Under the pieces are notes generated by a model. It was not told the DNA's origin, ran no database searches, and worked only from the letters and a program-made list of their open reading frames with translations. Positions 19,833-32,700 of a DNA stretch of 64,000 nt are shown here, piece by piece. The DNA is taken from assembly GCA_021827645.1 (NCBI GenBank), contig JAKAVA010000055.1, positions 23,185 to 87,184 of the forward strand, read 5' to 3'. The stretch's first letter is position 1, and each line of letters begins with the position of its first letter. Position numbers and translations under genes: made by a program. This DNA comes from Planctomycetota bacterium (GTDB lineage: Bacteria; Planctomycetota; Phycisphaerae; WQYP01).

Positions 19833-20432
19833 ATGAGTCAACAAAGCACGCTTAACAATTCTATCGCCGCAGTTTATGCCACTGCGCTCTATGACGCAGC
19901 GATCAGTGCCGGCGTGCTGGACGATGTGCTCCGCGATATTGCATCTCTGGTTGAGTTGATCCATAACAAGCCGGTTCTCATTGACTTCTTTCATTCGCCC
20001 GCTATCAGCAGCGACCAGAAAATGCAGGTGTTGGAGCGTTCGATCGGGGGTTATCTCAATCCCCTCACACTTCAAACACTCAAATCGATGGCCCACCGCA
20101 ACCGTCTTGAACTGTTTCGGGAATTTGTGCAGCAGATGGAATGGCTTCATAGGAATCGGCGTGGCCGGATGATGATTGAAGCGGTATGCCCCGCACCCCT
20201 TTCGCCGCCGCAGATCCAGCAGATTGAAAGCGCACTGAGTACCAAATACAAGGCACAGGTCAGTTTGAATGTCACACTCTCGCCGAGCCTCATCGGCGGT
20301 ATTCAGCTGAAAATCGGCGATACCTTTGTGGACGGTTCGGTACGACAGAAACTCTTCGACATGACCCGTCGAATCAAGCATGCGGCTTTGACGGATGTTA
20401 TCGCCGACTCACAGCGGCTGGTCGTGAAGTAG
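19833..20432 (+). CDS. atpH: F0F1 ATP synthase subunit delta (OSCP)
   Basis: Typical N-terminus (AAVYATALYDAA) and C-terminal IGG.qlkIGDtfvDGSvr.kL motif. Confidence 0.8.
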   Translation: MSQQSTLNNSIAAVYATALYDAAISAGVLDDVLRDIASLVELIHNKPVLIDFFHSPAISSDQKMQVLERSIGGYLNPLTLQTLKSMAHRNRLELFREFVQQMEWLHRNRRGRMMIEAVCPAPLSPPQIQQIESALSTKYKAQVSLNVTLSPSLIGGIQLKIGDTFVDGSVRQKLFDMTRRIKHAALTDVIADSQRLVVK

Positions 20433-20485
20433 GAATACTGCGCCGCCGGGCTCTTTGAATGGGTATTTATGGAAGGTGTTAGAAT

Positions 20486-22096
20486 ATGAAATTCAAGGTT
20501 GATGAGATAGCCGCCGTCATTCAGCGGGAAATCAGCAATTACAAAGACCAGCTCGATGTGTCGCAGACCGGTCGCGTCATCGATGTCGGTGACGGTATCG
20601 CTCATATTTACGGCCTCAATCAGGCCATGGCGGGGGAGATGCTTGAATTTCCGAACGGCATCTTCGGCCAAGTGTTTAATCTTGAGGAGGAGACGGTCGG
20701 TGCCGTTATCTTCGGCGATTACGCGGAGATCAAGGAGGGAGATGTGGTCAAGGCCACCGGCAAGCTCCTCTCCGTGCCCGTCGGAAATGCCCTGCTGGGG
20801 CGTGTGGTTAATCCGTTGGGCCAGCCTATTGACGGTGGCGCCGCCATTGAAACCAGCGACCGCCTTCTTGTGGATATCATCGCTCCCGGTATCGCCGATC
20901 GGCAGCCCGTCAAAGAGCCTCTGCAAACGGGTATCAAAGCCATCGATTCGATGATCCCGATCGGGCGTGGCCAGCGTGAATTGATCATCGGCGACCGCAA
21001 AACCGGCAAGACCGCCATCGCCGTAGATACCATCATCAATCAGAAGAAATTTTTCGGCACACCCGACGAAGTGATCTGCGTCTATGTCGCCATCGGGCAG
21101 AAAGAATCCACCGTTGCCGGTGTGGTGGATATGCTGCGTAAAAACGGTGCGATGGATTACACCATTGTCGTCAACGCCAGTGCCGCCTACAGCGCACCGC
21201 TGCAATACATCGCACCCTATGCCGCCTGTGCCATGGCGGAACATTTCATGTGGCAGGGCAAGGCAACCCTGTGCGTCTATGACGATCTTTCCAAACAGGC
21301 CCAGGCGTATCGGCAGCTCTCGCTTCTGCTGCGACGGCCGCCGGGTCGTGAGGCCTATCCGGGCGATGTGTTTTATCTCCACAGCCGCCTTCTGGAGCGT
21401 GCCTGTAAACTCTCCAAGGAAAACGGCGGCGGATCGCTAACCGCCCTGCCGGTCATCGAAACGCAGGAGGGTGAGGTTTCGGCCTATATCCCCACCAACG
21501 TGATCAGTATTACCGACGGACAGATTTATCTGGAACCGGATCTTTTCTATGCCGGTGTCCGGCCTGCCATTAACGTAGGTATCTCGGTGAGCCGTGTCGG
21601 TGGATCGGCTCAGATCAAGGCGATGAAGCACAAGAAGGTCGCTGCCTCGCTGCGTCTGGATCTGGCCTCTTACCGGGCGCTGGAGGCATTCACCCAGATC
21701 GGCACCGATCTCGATGCCGCGACGCAGAAGCAATTGGATCGTGGCGCCCGTATGGTGGAAGTGCTTAAACAGCCGCAGTATCAGCCGATGGATGTCGTCG
21801 ATCAGATTGCCGTCATCTATGCCGCCACGCAGGGCTTTGTTGACAACGTGGCGATTAAAGATGTGCAGCAGTGGGAAAATGATTTCGTCGATTACTGGAA
21901 AACCGCCGGTGAGGCCGTCCGAAAGGATCTGATCGCCCGCCGCGAGCTGACCGACGATATCGAACGGCGGCTGATTGAAGTTATTAAAAATTTCACCAAT
22001 GTCACACCGCTGAACCGCAAGAAGCTTGACGGACTGCTCGGCAAGGCCCCCAGCGGAAACGTCGCCGAGCCCAAACAGCCGGAGGCGGCCCGCTGA
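20486..22096 (+). CDS. atpA: F0F1 ATP synthase subunit alpha
   Basis: Walker [40 protein letters not shown], ~30-aa C-terminal extension. Confidence 0.95.
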   Translation: MKFKVDEIAAVIQREISNYKDQLDVSQTGRVIDVGDGIAHIYGLNQAMAGEMLEFPNGIFGQVFNLEEETVGAVIFGDYAEIKEGDVVKATGKLLSVPVGNALLGRVVNPLGQPIDGGAAIETSDRLLVDIIAPGIADRQPVKEPLQTGIKAIDSMIPIGRGQRELIIGDRKTGKTAIAVDTIINQKKFFGTPDEVICVYVAIGQKESTVAGVVDMLRKNGAMDYTIVVNASAAYSAPLQYIAPYAACAMAEHFMWQGKATLCVYDDLSKQAQAYRQLSLLLRRPPGREAYPGDVFYLHSRLLERACKLSKENGGGSLTALPVIETQEGEVSAYIPTNVISITDGQIYLEPDLFYAGVRPAINVGISVSRVGGSAQIKAMKHKKVAASLRLDLASYRALEAFTQIGTDLDAATQKQLDRGARMVEVLKQPQYQPMDVVDQIAVIYAATQGFVDNVAIKDVQQWENDFVDYWKTAGEAVRKDLIARRELTDDIERRLIEVIKNFTNVTPLNRKKLDGLLGKAPSGNVAEPKQPEAAR

Positions 22097-22108
22097 CGGT
22101 CGGTAGAT

Positions 22109-22993
22109 ATGGCAAAAGCACGGGAAATCACCAAGCGCCGCAAGGCCGTCCGTAACATCCGCAAGATCACCAAGGTGATGCAGATGGTCGCCACCGCGCG
22201 CTTTCAGAAATCGCTCAAACGCGCCAAAGCCACCCGCCCCTATGTTGAACATCTCACCGATCTGGTGCATACCGTTGCGGCTTCGGTCGGCAACTTGCCA
22301 CCGTCCATTCAGCATCCGCTTTTGGCCCGGCGCACGATCAAACGTGTCGGGCTGCTGGTGGTCACCAGCAATCGGGGACTGGCGGGGGCGTTCAACGGCA
22401 ATATTCTCCGCCTTGCGATGGCGCAAATCCGCGAGCTTGAAGAGTCGGGTAAACAAGTTGAAATCTATGTCGGCGGTCGTAAGGGAGCGGCCTATTTCCG
22501 CTTTGCCCGCCGGGCAGTCCGTCATGCCTACACCACCATCAGTGATAACCCGCAGGCCCAGGAAGTGGCCCAGGTCGCTCGCGATTTGATGGACGACTTT
22601 GCCGGCGGACACATTGACGCCATCAAGATTGCCTATGTGAAATTTATCAGCGTCGGGCAGCAGAAACCGACCATTCAGCACGTGCTGCCGCTGGATATCG
22701 CCGCCGTCGGCCAAGGCTCTGCACCGGCGATCAAGGCCGATGTCGAATTCAGCCCCGATCCGCAGATATTACTTGCGGATCTGCTTCCCACCATGGTCCG
22801 ATCGGCGGCTTTTCAGGCATTTATAGATTCGGCCGTATCCGAACAGATCGCCCGTATGCTGGCCATGGCCGCCGCGACGGAAAATGCCGAAAACATGACC
22901 AAGCTGCTGACCCGCGATTACAACCGGGCCCGGCAGTCGCAGATCACGTCGGAGCTTGCCGAACTCATGGGCGGTGTTGAGGCGATGAAATAG
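22109..22993 (+). CDS. atpG: F0F1 ATP synthase subunit gamma
   Basis: N-terminal KITKVMQMVATARF and C-terminal ITSELAELMGGVEA helices characteristic of gamma. Confidence 0.9.
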   Translation: MAKAREITKRRKAVRNIRKITKVMQMVATARFQKSLKRAKATRPYVEHLTDLVHTVAASVGNLPPSIQHPLLARRTIKRVGLLVVTSNRGLAGAFNGNILRLAMAQIRELEESGKQVEIYVGGRKGAAYFRFARRAVRHAYTTISDNPQAQEVAQVARDLMDDFAGGHIDAIKIAYVKFISVGQQKPTIQHVLPLDIAAVGQGSAPAIKADVEFSPDPQILLADLLPTMVRSAAFQAFIDSAVSEQIARMLAMAAATENAENMTKLLTRDYNRARQSQITSELAELMGGVEAMK

Positions 22994-23030
22994 AAGATTG
23001 GTGTATCGAAAGTAAATGCCGGCCGCATGA

Positions 23031-24503
<1,473 letters not shown>

Positions 24504-24734
24504 TTGCCGGCACCCCGGCTTGGGCAACCCGCGTCTCAGCCGTCGGCTCATGGCCGCGCCACTGCACACTGATTGGCGCCCATGGTCTGCCCACTCAGAC
24601 ACCAAAACCGCCCCCTTGGCCAGAACTCTACAATGGTGTTACCCTATTAAACGGCGCACAGCTCTTTTGAGGCCGCGTTAAAGCCAAGGTGGCACCGCGT
24701 GGCGAGTGAACGCAGGCGAATAAGGGGATGGAAC

Positions 24735-25067
24735 ATGCTCGTGACGACGACGGAAAATATCATCGGTTATCGTGTTACCAAGGTCTATGGGCAGGTATTC
24801 GGCGTGCTGGTGCGCAGCCGCGGGGTGGCAGGAAATTTCATGGCATCGCTGAGAACCATCGTCGGTGGGGAGATCAAGGAATATTCCAACATGCTGGAAG
24901 AAGCCCGTCGCCACGCCACCGATCGAATGGTGAAAAATGCCGCAACGATGGGGGCCAACGCGGTGGTGATGATGCGTTTTGACTCATCGGAGATGGGGCA
25001 GACCATGTGCGAAATCGTCGCTTATGGCACGGCGGTGCAGATTGAACCGGTCGCCGGGGCCATGTAA
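24735..25067 (+). CDS. YbjQ/UPF0145 (DUF74) family protein
   Basis: ~110-aa protein with the family pattern (IIGYRVTKVYGQVFGVLVRSRG...GANAVVMMRFDSSEMG). ATG at 24735 after AAGGGG. It occupies the position where atpC would normally be. Confidence 0.65.
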   Translation: MLVTTTENIIGYRVTKVYGQVFGVLVRSRGVAGNFMASLRTIVGGEIKEYSNMLEEARRHATDRMVKNAATMGANAVVMMRFDSSEMGQTMCEIVAYGTAVQIEPVAGAM

Positions 25068-25080
25068 TCAAGGCTTCCGC

Positions 25081-25389
25081 ATGCGTAAATTCTGTTACAG
25101 CCTCGGTTGGTCCCTGCTGGCGCTGAGCCTGATCTGCTTCGCCACCATTATCCTCATCCCATTTGGAATTTATCTTTTCGTTTTTGGCGTCGGGCTCCTC
25201 ATCCTTACCCGATTGGAAAGCTGGCGGTATCAAAAGCGTGTGGGCAGGGGCGACGGATTCGTTCCGACCGATGAAAAATATATTGATGTTGAATCGGGAC
25301 GGCTGATGCGGGTTTATTACAATCCTGCGACCGGCGACCGCGATTACCGGCCGGAAGGCCCGGAAAACCCCGAAAGTCCGCAGGCCTGA
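25081..25389 (+). CDS. Small hypothetical membrane protein
   Basis: ATG at 25081. Two TM helices followed by a hydrophilic tail. No known domain recognised. Confidence 0.35.
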   Translation: MRKFCYSLGWSLLALSLICFATIILIPFGIYLFVFGVGLLILTRLESWRYQKRVGRGDGFVPTDEKYIDVESGRLMRVYYNPATGDRDYRPEGPENPESPQA

Positions 25390-25415
25390 CGCCTTCCGAT
25401 GCGCATGGGCCGCGA

Positions 25416-26645
25416 TTATGCCCCGGTCTTTTCCGTTACATGGTTTCGCCGCTTCTGGGCCTCCGCCATTTCTTCAGCGCGCGGGCTGCGGCCGGTTTTC
25501 ATCATCATCGTAAAGCAGTCGAAAAGATAAGTGGCATCATGCGGCCCCGGGCTGGCTTCCGGATGGTACTGCACGGCAAATACCGGTTCATCCTTCATGC
25601 GGAACCCTTCCAGCGTCTGATCGTTGAGGTTGATGTGCGTCGGTTCGCCGCCCCGTTTCCGGAGCGATTCCAGGTCCACCGCAAAGCCATGATTCTGTGA
25701 AGTAATCTCCACCTTGCCCGTGCCCATATTCTGCACCGGCTGATTGCCGCCGCGGTGGCCAAATTTCAGTTTGTAGGTGCTCGATCCAATCGCCAATCCC
25801 AGAAGCTGATGCCCGAGGCAGATGCCAAAAATCGGTTTTTTGCCAATCAGCTTCTTGAGTGTCTCCTGCGCGTAGTGGATCGGTTCCGGATCGCCCGGAC
25901 CGTTACTCACAAATACGCCGTCGGGCTGTTGCGAGAGTATCTCTTCCGCAGAAGTCTTCGCCGGCACCACCGTCACGCGGCATCCGCTCTGCACCAGATT
26001 GCGCAGGATGTTGCGCTTGGCCCCGCAATCAATCGCCACCACATGATGTTCCGCGACCGGCTGCTGGATATCCGTCTGCTGCGCCCAAACTCCCTTGCCG
26101 TCGGTCCACGTATATGCGGTTTTGGGGCTTACCTCCGAAACCAGATCCATCCCCACCAATCCCGGCCATGCGGTCGCGCGATCCATCAGCCCCTGCAGAT
26201 TCTCCAGCAGGTGGCTCTGTGTGCAGATCACTCCGCGGAGCGCGCCCTGGATACGCAATTTGCGAACCAGCGCCCGGGTATCGATGCCCGCGATACCGGC
26301 GATGCCGTGTTTCTCCAGATAATGATCCAGATCGTCAATCGACCGGAAATTGCTCGTCACCGGTGATAAATCTTTAATAACAAATCCCTGCACCTGCGGC
26401 CGGCCCGATTCCTCATCGACCGCATCGGCGATACCATAATTGCCGATCTGCGGATAGGTCATCGTGACGATCTGCCCGCGATAGGATGGATCGGTGAGTA
26501 TCTCCTGATACCCCATCAGCGAGGTGTTGAAGACCACTTCGCCGACGGCGCATGCCGAGGCGCCGAAACCCGTGCCAATGAAAACTGAACCATCTTCGAG
26601 AACCAGCGCCGCTTTTTCTGTTATTGCCATGTCTGCTGCCGTCAC
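25416..26645 (-). CDS. carA: Carbamoyl-phosphate synthase small (glutamine amidotransferase) subunit
   Basis: CarA N-domain (KAALVLEDGSVFIGTGFGA), class-I GATase catalytic Cys (GICLGHQLL) and His/Glu region. Confidence 0.9.
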   Translation of the reverse strand: MTAADMAITEKAALVLEDGSVFIGTGFGASACAVGEVVFNTSLMGYQEILTDPSYRGQIVTMTYPQIGNYGIADAVDEESGRPQVQGFVIKDLSPVTSNFRSIDDLDHYLEKHGIAGIAGIDTRALVRKLRIQGALRGVICTQSHLLENLQGLMDRATAWPGLVGMDLVSEVSPKTAYTWTDGKGVWAQQTDIQQPVAEHHVVAIDCGAKRNILRNLVQSGCRVTVVPAKTSAEEILSQQPDGVFVSNGPGDPEPIHYAQETLKKLIGKKPIFGICLGHQLLGLAIGSSTYKLKFGHRGGNQPVQNMGTGKVEITSQNHGFAVDLESLRKRGGEPTHINLNDQTLEGFRMKDEPVFAVQYHPEASPGPHDATYLFDCFTMMMKTGRSPRAEEMAEAQKRRNHVTEKTGA

Positions 26646-26753
26646 CCCTGAACGTGCCGCCCCCCGTGGGCCGCACTCATGGAAAGAGTATAACGGATTC
26701 CGGGCTGGCGGACTGTTCGCCGGAGTCGCGGCGCGGTATATTATCCGTGCGTC

Positions 26754-26837
26754 GCCCGGGTGGCGAAATTGGCAGACGCGCCAGCTTGAGGTGCTGGTGG
26801 GAGCAATCCCTTGCAGGTTCGAATCCTGTCCCGGGCA
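26754..26837 (+). tRNA. tRNA-Leu (anticodon GAG)
   Basis: Read by eye: 7-bp acceptor stem GCCCGGG / CCCGGGC, anticodon stem CCAGC / GCTGG with loop TTGAGGT (anticodon GAG), long variable arm, T-loop GGTTCGAATCC, discriminator A. CCA is not encoded. Confidence 0.8.
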
Positions 26838-27010
26838 TCCCCTTACATCCTGTTTCGTCAGCTTCAGTTAATCCGCAGCAAGAGCCAAATTGCGGGCTCT
26901 GTGCGGGCGGGGTACACTTCACCATGAGCGATGGGGGCAGAGGCAATTCCCCGATAGTTCAGCCCCCGATAGCCGGTCAGTAATCGACGCCATGTGGTAA
27001 GCCAATTTCG

Positions 27011-29287
27011 ATGGGAAGCGATGTGAATAAGAAGCTTGACGCAGCAGCCCAAAAGACAGGCAAGGGATGGGCCACGCGGATCATCTGCCGCGCATGGGGC
27101 AGCGCAATTTTGGCGGCGCTCGCGGGTGCCTGCACGGCCGTGGTGATTTCGGAGGCCTTGCTGTGGCGATGGGTTGGCGCCGGGGGTGCATGGGGCGGGG
27201 TGCCATTCTTTGCGTGCCTCCTCTTTGCCATCGGTGCGTGGGCGGTGTTGGCGAGGTATGCCTTCGGCAAAGGCTCGGTGTCGCTACACTGGAAAAAACT
27301 TCCCCCGACCTGGGTGTTGATTGTTTTGGCGCCATTATTGTTCTGGGCCGCAAGTTGGCCCATCGGTCTGCCTCCAAGCTCCGAATCCAAGCATGTGCCC
27401 TGGGGCGTCTGGATCACCTTCACCCACGGCTGGGTTTGGCTTTGGGGTGCGATCATTGCCGCCGGCGTGGCCACCGCGTTTTGGCACGCCCTTCTGCCGC
27501 GCCTTCTTGCCCGCGCGAAGCCTGAGCAACCCGGCGAGGAACTCAAACCCCTGCCGGTGGAAGCGGGGCTGGCGCCGATCGAACGGCTGGTGGCGGCGCA
27601 GCCGAAACGGCCGGGCCCACCTCCACCCGATTACACCGACGGAGGGTTGCTGCGTTGGCTCACGGAGAACGACGGTCCCCTGGGCCCCCAAGAGAAGCCG
27701 CTCTTCGATTTGGGGCTTAAGCCCGAGCGGATTATTCAGTCATTACGGCCGCTGCACATTTTCAGCCCGGCTCGAACCCTGGCGCTGATCGGTGTGCGTG
27801 GCTCCGGAAAGTCCACTCTGCTCCGCCTGGCGGAGGGCTGTAGCGCCGCAAAAGAGGGCGTCACGCTTAAGTTCGCCTATATCTCGCTTTGGGAGTATGA
27901 ATCCGCTTCCGCCGCCATCCGGGCGGTAGCAGATGAGATTCTCGCTGTCGCCGCCGATCACATCGACACCACGCCATTTTCCAGTGCCGCCGGGGCTTTG
28001 ATGCGCACCGTTACCGGCAACGAACGCTACTGGAATATTGCCGCCGCGTTCGGCCTCCAGCCCCGTACCGACGAATTGCTCGGTGGGCTTTCGACGGCGT
28101 TGCTCCTCGCCCGATGCCGCGTGATCCTCTGCATCGAAGATGATGACCGCATCAGCGATGAGGGAAAGAAGCAATTTCGGCAGACCGTTACCGGTTGTCT
28201 CGATTACTTGCGCCGGTTCCCCGCTTTCGGCTACGTCATATGCGTGAGCAGCAAAGATTGGGGGAGCGTATTCGCCGCTGCATTGGATGTAATTGAGCCG
28301 CCGGAGGCGCGGGAAGCCCGCACTAAGGACGTCAGAGCCAAGATCGAGTCCGCTGAAAAGAACAGGGGCACGGGCGAGGGCGCTCAAGCCGCCGCGGACA
28401 TATGGACAGAAGAGATGGTCGACACCAGAAAGCTGCGCCGGGCGCGGGAGCGGGCGGTGGCCGACATTCTCGACGGCCTTGATACTACCCGCCTCTGCCG
28501 CGAGGAATTGGTGATCAAGCCGCTGGAGGCCAGCCAATGGCAGCCCGTCTTGGAAAGCGTCCGAAAAATGATGTTTGAACATGCGGGCGCTTCGGCGGAT
28601 AACGACTCCTTTGGGCTATCTGCCGACGACCGCAGAGTTGTTTGGGCGAAGTTTATCCAAGGCGCTTGCGGAGATACACTCCGAACGCAGTTGGGGAATC
28701 CTGCATCCGCCCCTTGGGAAAACACGCACGTGGGCTTCGCCTTTACCCCGCGCATCCTTCGATTGGGCTTGGGCGATGCGTGGCGGAAGTGGCGGGCGAT
28801 TGTGCCCATGCTCGGAAAGAGTACCGTCATCGATCCGGACAGTGTCCTCGTGGCGTGCCTGGTGCGGGCATGTCGGCCGGACGTCTGGAACGCCCTGATC
28901 CGCGACCCCAACGTGCCGAGCGGCGGTGAATGGCCGCCCACCAATTACGTCGTGCAATCGGCCCGCCGTCGGCGGGATGCGGAAATCCGATGGCAAGAAG
29001 GGCTCGCACGTGCGGCGGGGCCGCGCTACCATAATTCTCCGATACCGCACCTCGACCTCCAACCAGCAATAAAAAACCTCATGCTGAAGCAGCACGACAG
29101 GCCCCACCCGGAATCGAGACAACCGGACCCGGAGGCGGGCGAACCGCAGGACGGCGGCGAAGCCGCCGATCGGAAAACAACGCTAACTTGCATGGAGCCG
29201 CCTACCATCACCCGCCCCGGCGGCCTGATCGGCAACATTGGTGGACTCGACCCCGGCTACAACTGGCGCTTATTCCTCAACGCCTGA
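27011..29287 (+). CDS. KAP-family-like P-loop NTPase with N-terminal multi-TM domain
   Basis: Five or six predicted TM helices in the first ~170 aa, then Walker A (IGVRGSGKSTLL) and a KAP-style Walker B hhhhDDxDR (VILCIEDDDRIS). No other recognisable domain. Gene sits ~170 bp downstream of tRNA-Leu. Confidence 0.45.
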   Translation: MGSDVNKKLDAAAQKTGKGWATRIICRAWGSAILAALAGACTAVVISEALLWRWVGAGGAWGGVPFFACLLFAIGAWAVLARYAFGKGSVSLHWKKLPPTWVLIVLAPLLFWAASWPIGLPPSSESKHVPWGVWITFTHGWVWLWGAIIAAGVATAFWHALLPRLLARAKPEQPGEELKPLPVEAGLAPIERLVAAQPKRPGPPPPDYTDGGLLRWLTENDGPLGPQEKPLFDLGLKPERIIQSLRPLHIFSPARTLALIGVRGSGKSTLLRLAEGCSAAKEGVTLKFAYISLWEYESASAAIRAVADEILAVAADHIDTTPFSSAAGALMRTVTGNERYWNIAAAFGLQPRTDELLGGLSTALLLARCRVILCIEDDDRISDEGKKQFRQTVTGCLDYLRRFPAFGYVICVSSKDWGSVFAAALDVIEPPEAREARTKDVRAKIESAEKNRGTGEGAQAAADIWTEEMVDTRKLRRARERAVADILDGLDTTRLCREELVIKPLEASQWQPVLESVRKMMFEHAGASADNDSFGLSADDRRVVWAKFIQGACGDTLRTQLGNPASAPWENTHVGFAFTPRILRLGLGDAWRKWRAIVPMLGKSTVIDPDSVLVACLVRACRPDVWNALIRDPNVPSGGEWPPTNYVVQSARRRRDAEIRWQEGLARAAGPRYHNSPIPHLDLQPAIKNLMLKQHDRPHPESRQPDPEAGEPQDGGEAADRKTTLTCMEPPTITRPGGLIGNIGGLDPGYNWRLFLNA

Positions 29288-29758
29288 TGCGCCGCACTGC
29301 CGCGTTCCGCCGCCCCGGCAAATTGCAGCTACCGCCCCGGCTGCACAGGCACGCCGTGAACTTTTCACGCGCCATCGCCTGCGGCTTGGGATGAGCGAAT
29401 AATATCGCCCATGGCCTATGCCCATACTTATGGGATCATTCTCCTCCAGTTAATATTTTCAGTAACGCCGCAACGAGAACAACCCCCACGCCGGCAGGAT
29501 GGCCAGTGCAGGCCCCGCCGCCGGTTCGGGAGTGGTCAGCGAGAATACGGCACCATCATTGTCGGCCCCTCCGCGGAAGTATTCCCCTTATTGTCTTGCA
29601 GGCAGGACGCACCATAACCCGACGCCTGTTGCGACGCCAATATCATCGCCGGGACTTGGCGGAACGCTTTGTCTATCGCCTCAAGCATTTCCGCCGTGTC
29701 GCCACCCGTTCCGAGAAAACAGCGCGGAATTTCCTTGCGTTCGTCCAGTTTGCCGTAT

Positions 29759-32700
29759 TCATGTTTTTGGCTTGGGCACGGTCAACATCGCGGCAACGGT
29801 TAATTTAACCGGCCCAAGGAGTCCGGATGGATGTAACCGCGAGTCTTTCCGGTAAAAATTCCACGTTTCAAAGGTGTAGCATTTTTTTGACGGTTGCGGT
29901 GCGTTATGAATGACCCAACCAGGAAACCGAACCAGCGGCCGGCCGATATAACCATAGGTGGCTGCACGCAGCGGCGAACCCCATTGCAAATCCGAGGGCT
30001 GCTGATCGTCCCCTATGAGTCGATTTTGCCAGGTATTGGTTACGGCAATGCGCAGGACATTATGCCCAGGTTGAATGGCCGACGTTATATCCATGCGAAA
30101 CGGCGGATGCCAAAGCACACCCAAATCATGCCCATTGACCCACACTTGGGCTAAATCATTAACCCGTCCCAAATGCAGGATGACGCGTTTGCCGGCGCCA
30201 ACGTATGAATTTGGGATATCAATGGTTCGGAGATAAGTCCCCGTGCCTGAAAAATATTTGATGCCGCTCTGGGGAGAATTTGTCCACGAGATTAATTTAT
30301 TGAATGTCGCAGTGGAAGGCGCGCCCCAGCCCGGAGTAAATGCAATCTTCCACGGACCATGCACTTTTAAAGTTGCAGGCAATGCACGCACATCCATCGC
30401 AACTTTGGCACGGGATTTCAGTGTAAGTTCGTAAGCTCCAGGTTTGAACGCCGTAAGCATAAGTGCATGGCTGTCATCAACAGTTACTCTCGCGGACCGG
30501 GACGGCTCACCATTACGAGTTATCGCTACCGCGGGATTCAGTTTGCCGATGGCATGACGAAAAACGACAAATACCGACCCATACGGACCAAGTTGCAACG
30601 GTAGGTTCGTGCGACCGGCATCCTCAGAAAAATCACCATCGGTCATACATTTGCCTGAATCGGGATACCAGAGTTCAGGAATTTTTCCGGTAATATGGAA
30701 AGACGTTACCACGTTTACAGGTTTGTTATTTCTATTGACGACAAAATATATGTCCAGCCCGGGCGCTTGACGATGAATCGCATCCACCCGCACCCCAACA
30801 TTTCCCGATGGTTGTGCTAAGAGTTCAAAGTCTGGTGCGATCCCCAATTGCCCAAGAACTCTTGATACGGGCACGTTCCACGCGACCATACCTTTGCCAA
30901 ATTTATGCTCCCGTACAGTTCGGCCGTTACAATGATCCCACACTTCCCGTCCGATTCTGGCCACTTCGTCATCGCACTGCGGATAATCCGTAAGACTCGG
31001 CGAAGCTGTCGGCCGGGGACCTATGACTGTGGCCCCAGCGGCAATGAGCTTTTTCAACTTCTCGGCGACCCATGGCAGCATCTTGCGGGAATGCGGCAGT
31101 ATAAGTACCGCATATGAGCGTCCGGTCGGCAGCACAATCCAACGATGCTTAACCGCGGCCTGCTTAAACAAAGACAGACTCAGGGCATCGCATGAAAGCA
31201 TGGTGGGATAACAGTTCAGTGTGCACACGTTGCACACCTGCGACCCCTGTTGCAGCATCAAACAACAGCGATTGATATAAGTAAAAAAAGCGATTCCCGG
31301 CTTGAACCATGTTTGATTTTCACCAAAATGCGTGCCAAAACAACCCATTAAGATACCGGGCTTATATTTTTTATTAAGGGCCTGGAGCGTCCAATCATGA
31401 AGATAGCAACGATTTACCCCGCTTAAAAAACCCCCGTCAAGTTCTGGTTTCAGAGAAGCGGGGGTCTCCGTCATGCGACTGTCCCACGGCGCACCGGTAA
31501 GGGTTTCTGAACCGACCACCTTTCGGCCGTCGGCTCTCGCCGCACCCGCGACATCAAGATCGATGCCGGATCGTGTTCGATTGAAATAAAATTGCTGAAG
31601 TTTTCCCACCGTCTGCCCGGCAAAATCCGTGTCTATGTTCGTGAAACGATGTGCGGGGTTGGTCACCGGCCGAAGCGCTTCACCATTAAAACGATCGGCG
31701 GCCGACGCGTAAAGACCGAACGGTTTGCGACTATGGTTCCAAAATTCTCCCATCGTTACATCGCACGAGGCGGCACACGCGATCGAATTAAAGGGGCCGT
31801 GATAGGGTTCAAGACACATCTTGAGTCCGGCTGCATCAATGAGCCTGTGATATACGTCAAAGTCGTTTCGCCGGAATTCCTGCTCGATGGTTCTGGTAAA
31901 ATCATAGATGAAGCGCTGCGACTGCCCACGACTGCCGACAACGACCCCATTAAGCGCCGGCAGCCATGGCAAGGGGTCGTAATGCCGCAAAGCAATAAAA
32001 TCCCTGCGGAAATTCCCGGTCCATGTCTGCGGACCCGCCTCGTAGCTGTCGAAGAGCACGTGGGTAAATGTATGACCTATCGACCTTCCCAGGTGAGACT
32101 GCAGGGCATGAATAACATGTTCAATTTGAAAGGTGGCGGCCTTCGCACTGAGCTTGTCGGCCTCCAAGGAGTGCACACCATCCGGCACAGGATGGTCGGT
32201 GGTGCCTTCAGATGTATAACCATAGCGATAGATGTGCCACATCCCTGCCGGCGCGTGCCACGTCAATACACCCTTCTTATTCATATCGGTTGAAATATTC
32301 AGGATGCGGTCAGGTTGAACCGTTTTGGCGACCGGCACTGCCAAAACGCATATGTCATGATAGACGTGCAGGACGATTGGTGGTTTTTGCAAGGTTCGGT
32401 CTATTTTGCCCGGTCCTTTTACCGAAGTCATGGTCCAGACAAATTTCTTCATGGAAAGAGCGGGGGAGATCCATGGTCCGCCACTGGCAGACCATCCCGG
32501 ACAGTTTTCCATGCCCAATTTGAGATGCAGCCGCTTGGCAATCTTGACCGCATAGGCCACCATACGCCAGAATTTCGGGCTCCAATAGTGTACCGCTGGA
32601 ACGCCGCTGTTGGCGATATTCGGCGCAGTTCCGGCCTGCGAAGCCAGGAGACAAATTGTCGCACCGGCGACACCCGCTTTTTTCATTGCAGTCAGATCGC

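Noticed and set aside
24504-24734. Looked for an ATP synthase epsilon subunit gene after atpD
   Set aside because: Only ~230 bp are available and no frame gives an epsilon-like product. The next gene is YbjQ-family.
26646-29758. Integrative mobile element at tRNA-Leu
   Set aside because: No integrase, excisionase, transposase or obvious duplicated tRNA 3' end could be found by eye. Only the accessory gene content supports it, so it is reported as a hypothesis in the findings rather than as a mobile_element feature.
29537-29781. Short minus-strand frame (…RCFLGTGGDTAEMLEAIDKAFRQVPAMILASQQ…) just downstream of the GH106-like gene, considered as a possible gene remnant / pseudogene
   Set aside because: Only ~50 codons from the first Met, below the ORF threshold, with no recognisable family. 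Cannot be supported as a pseudogene without a database comparison.
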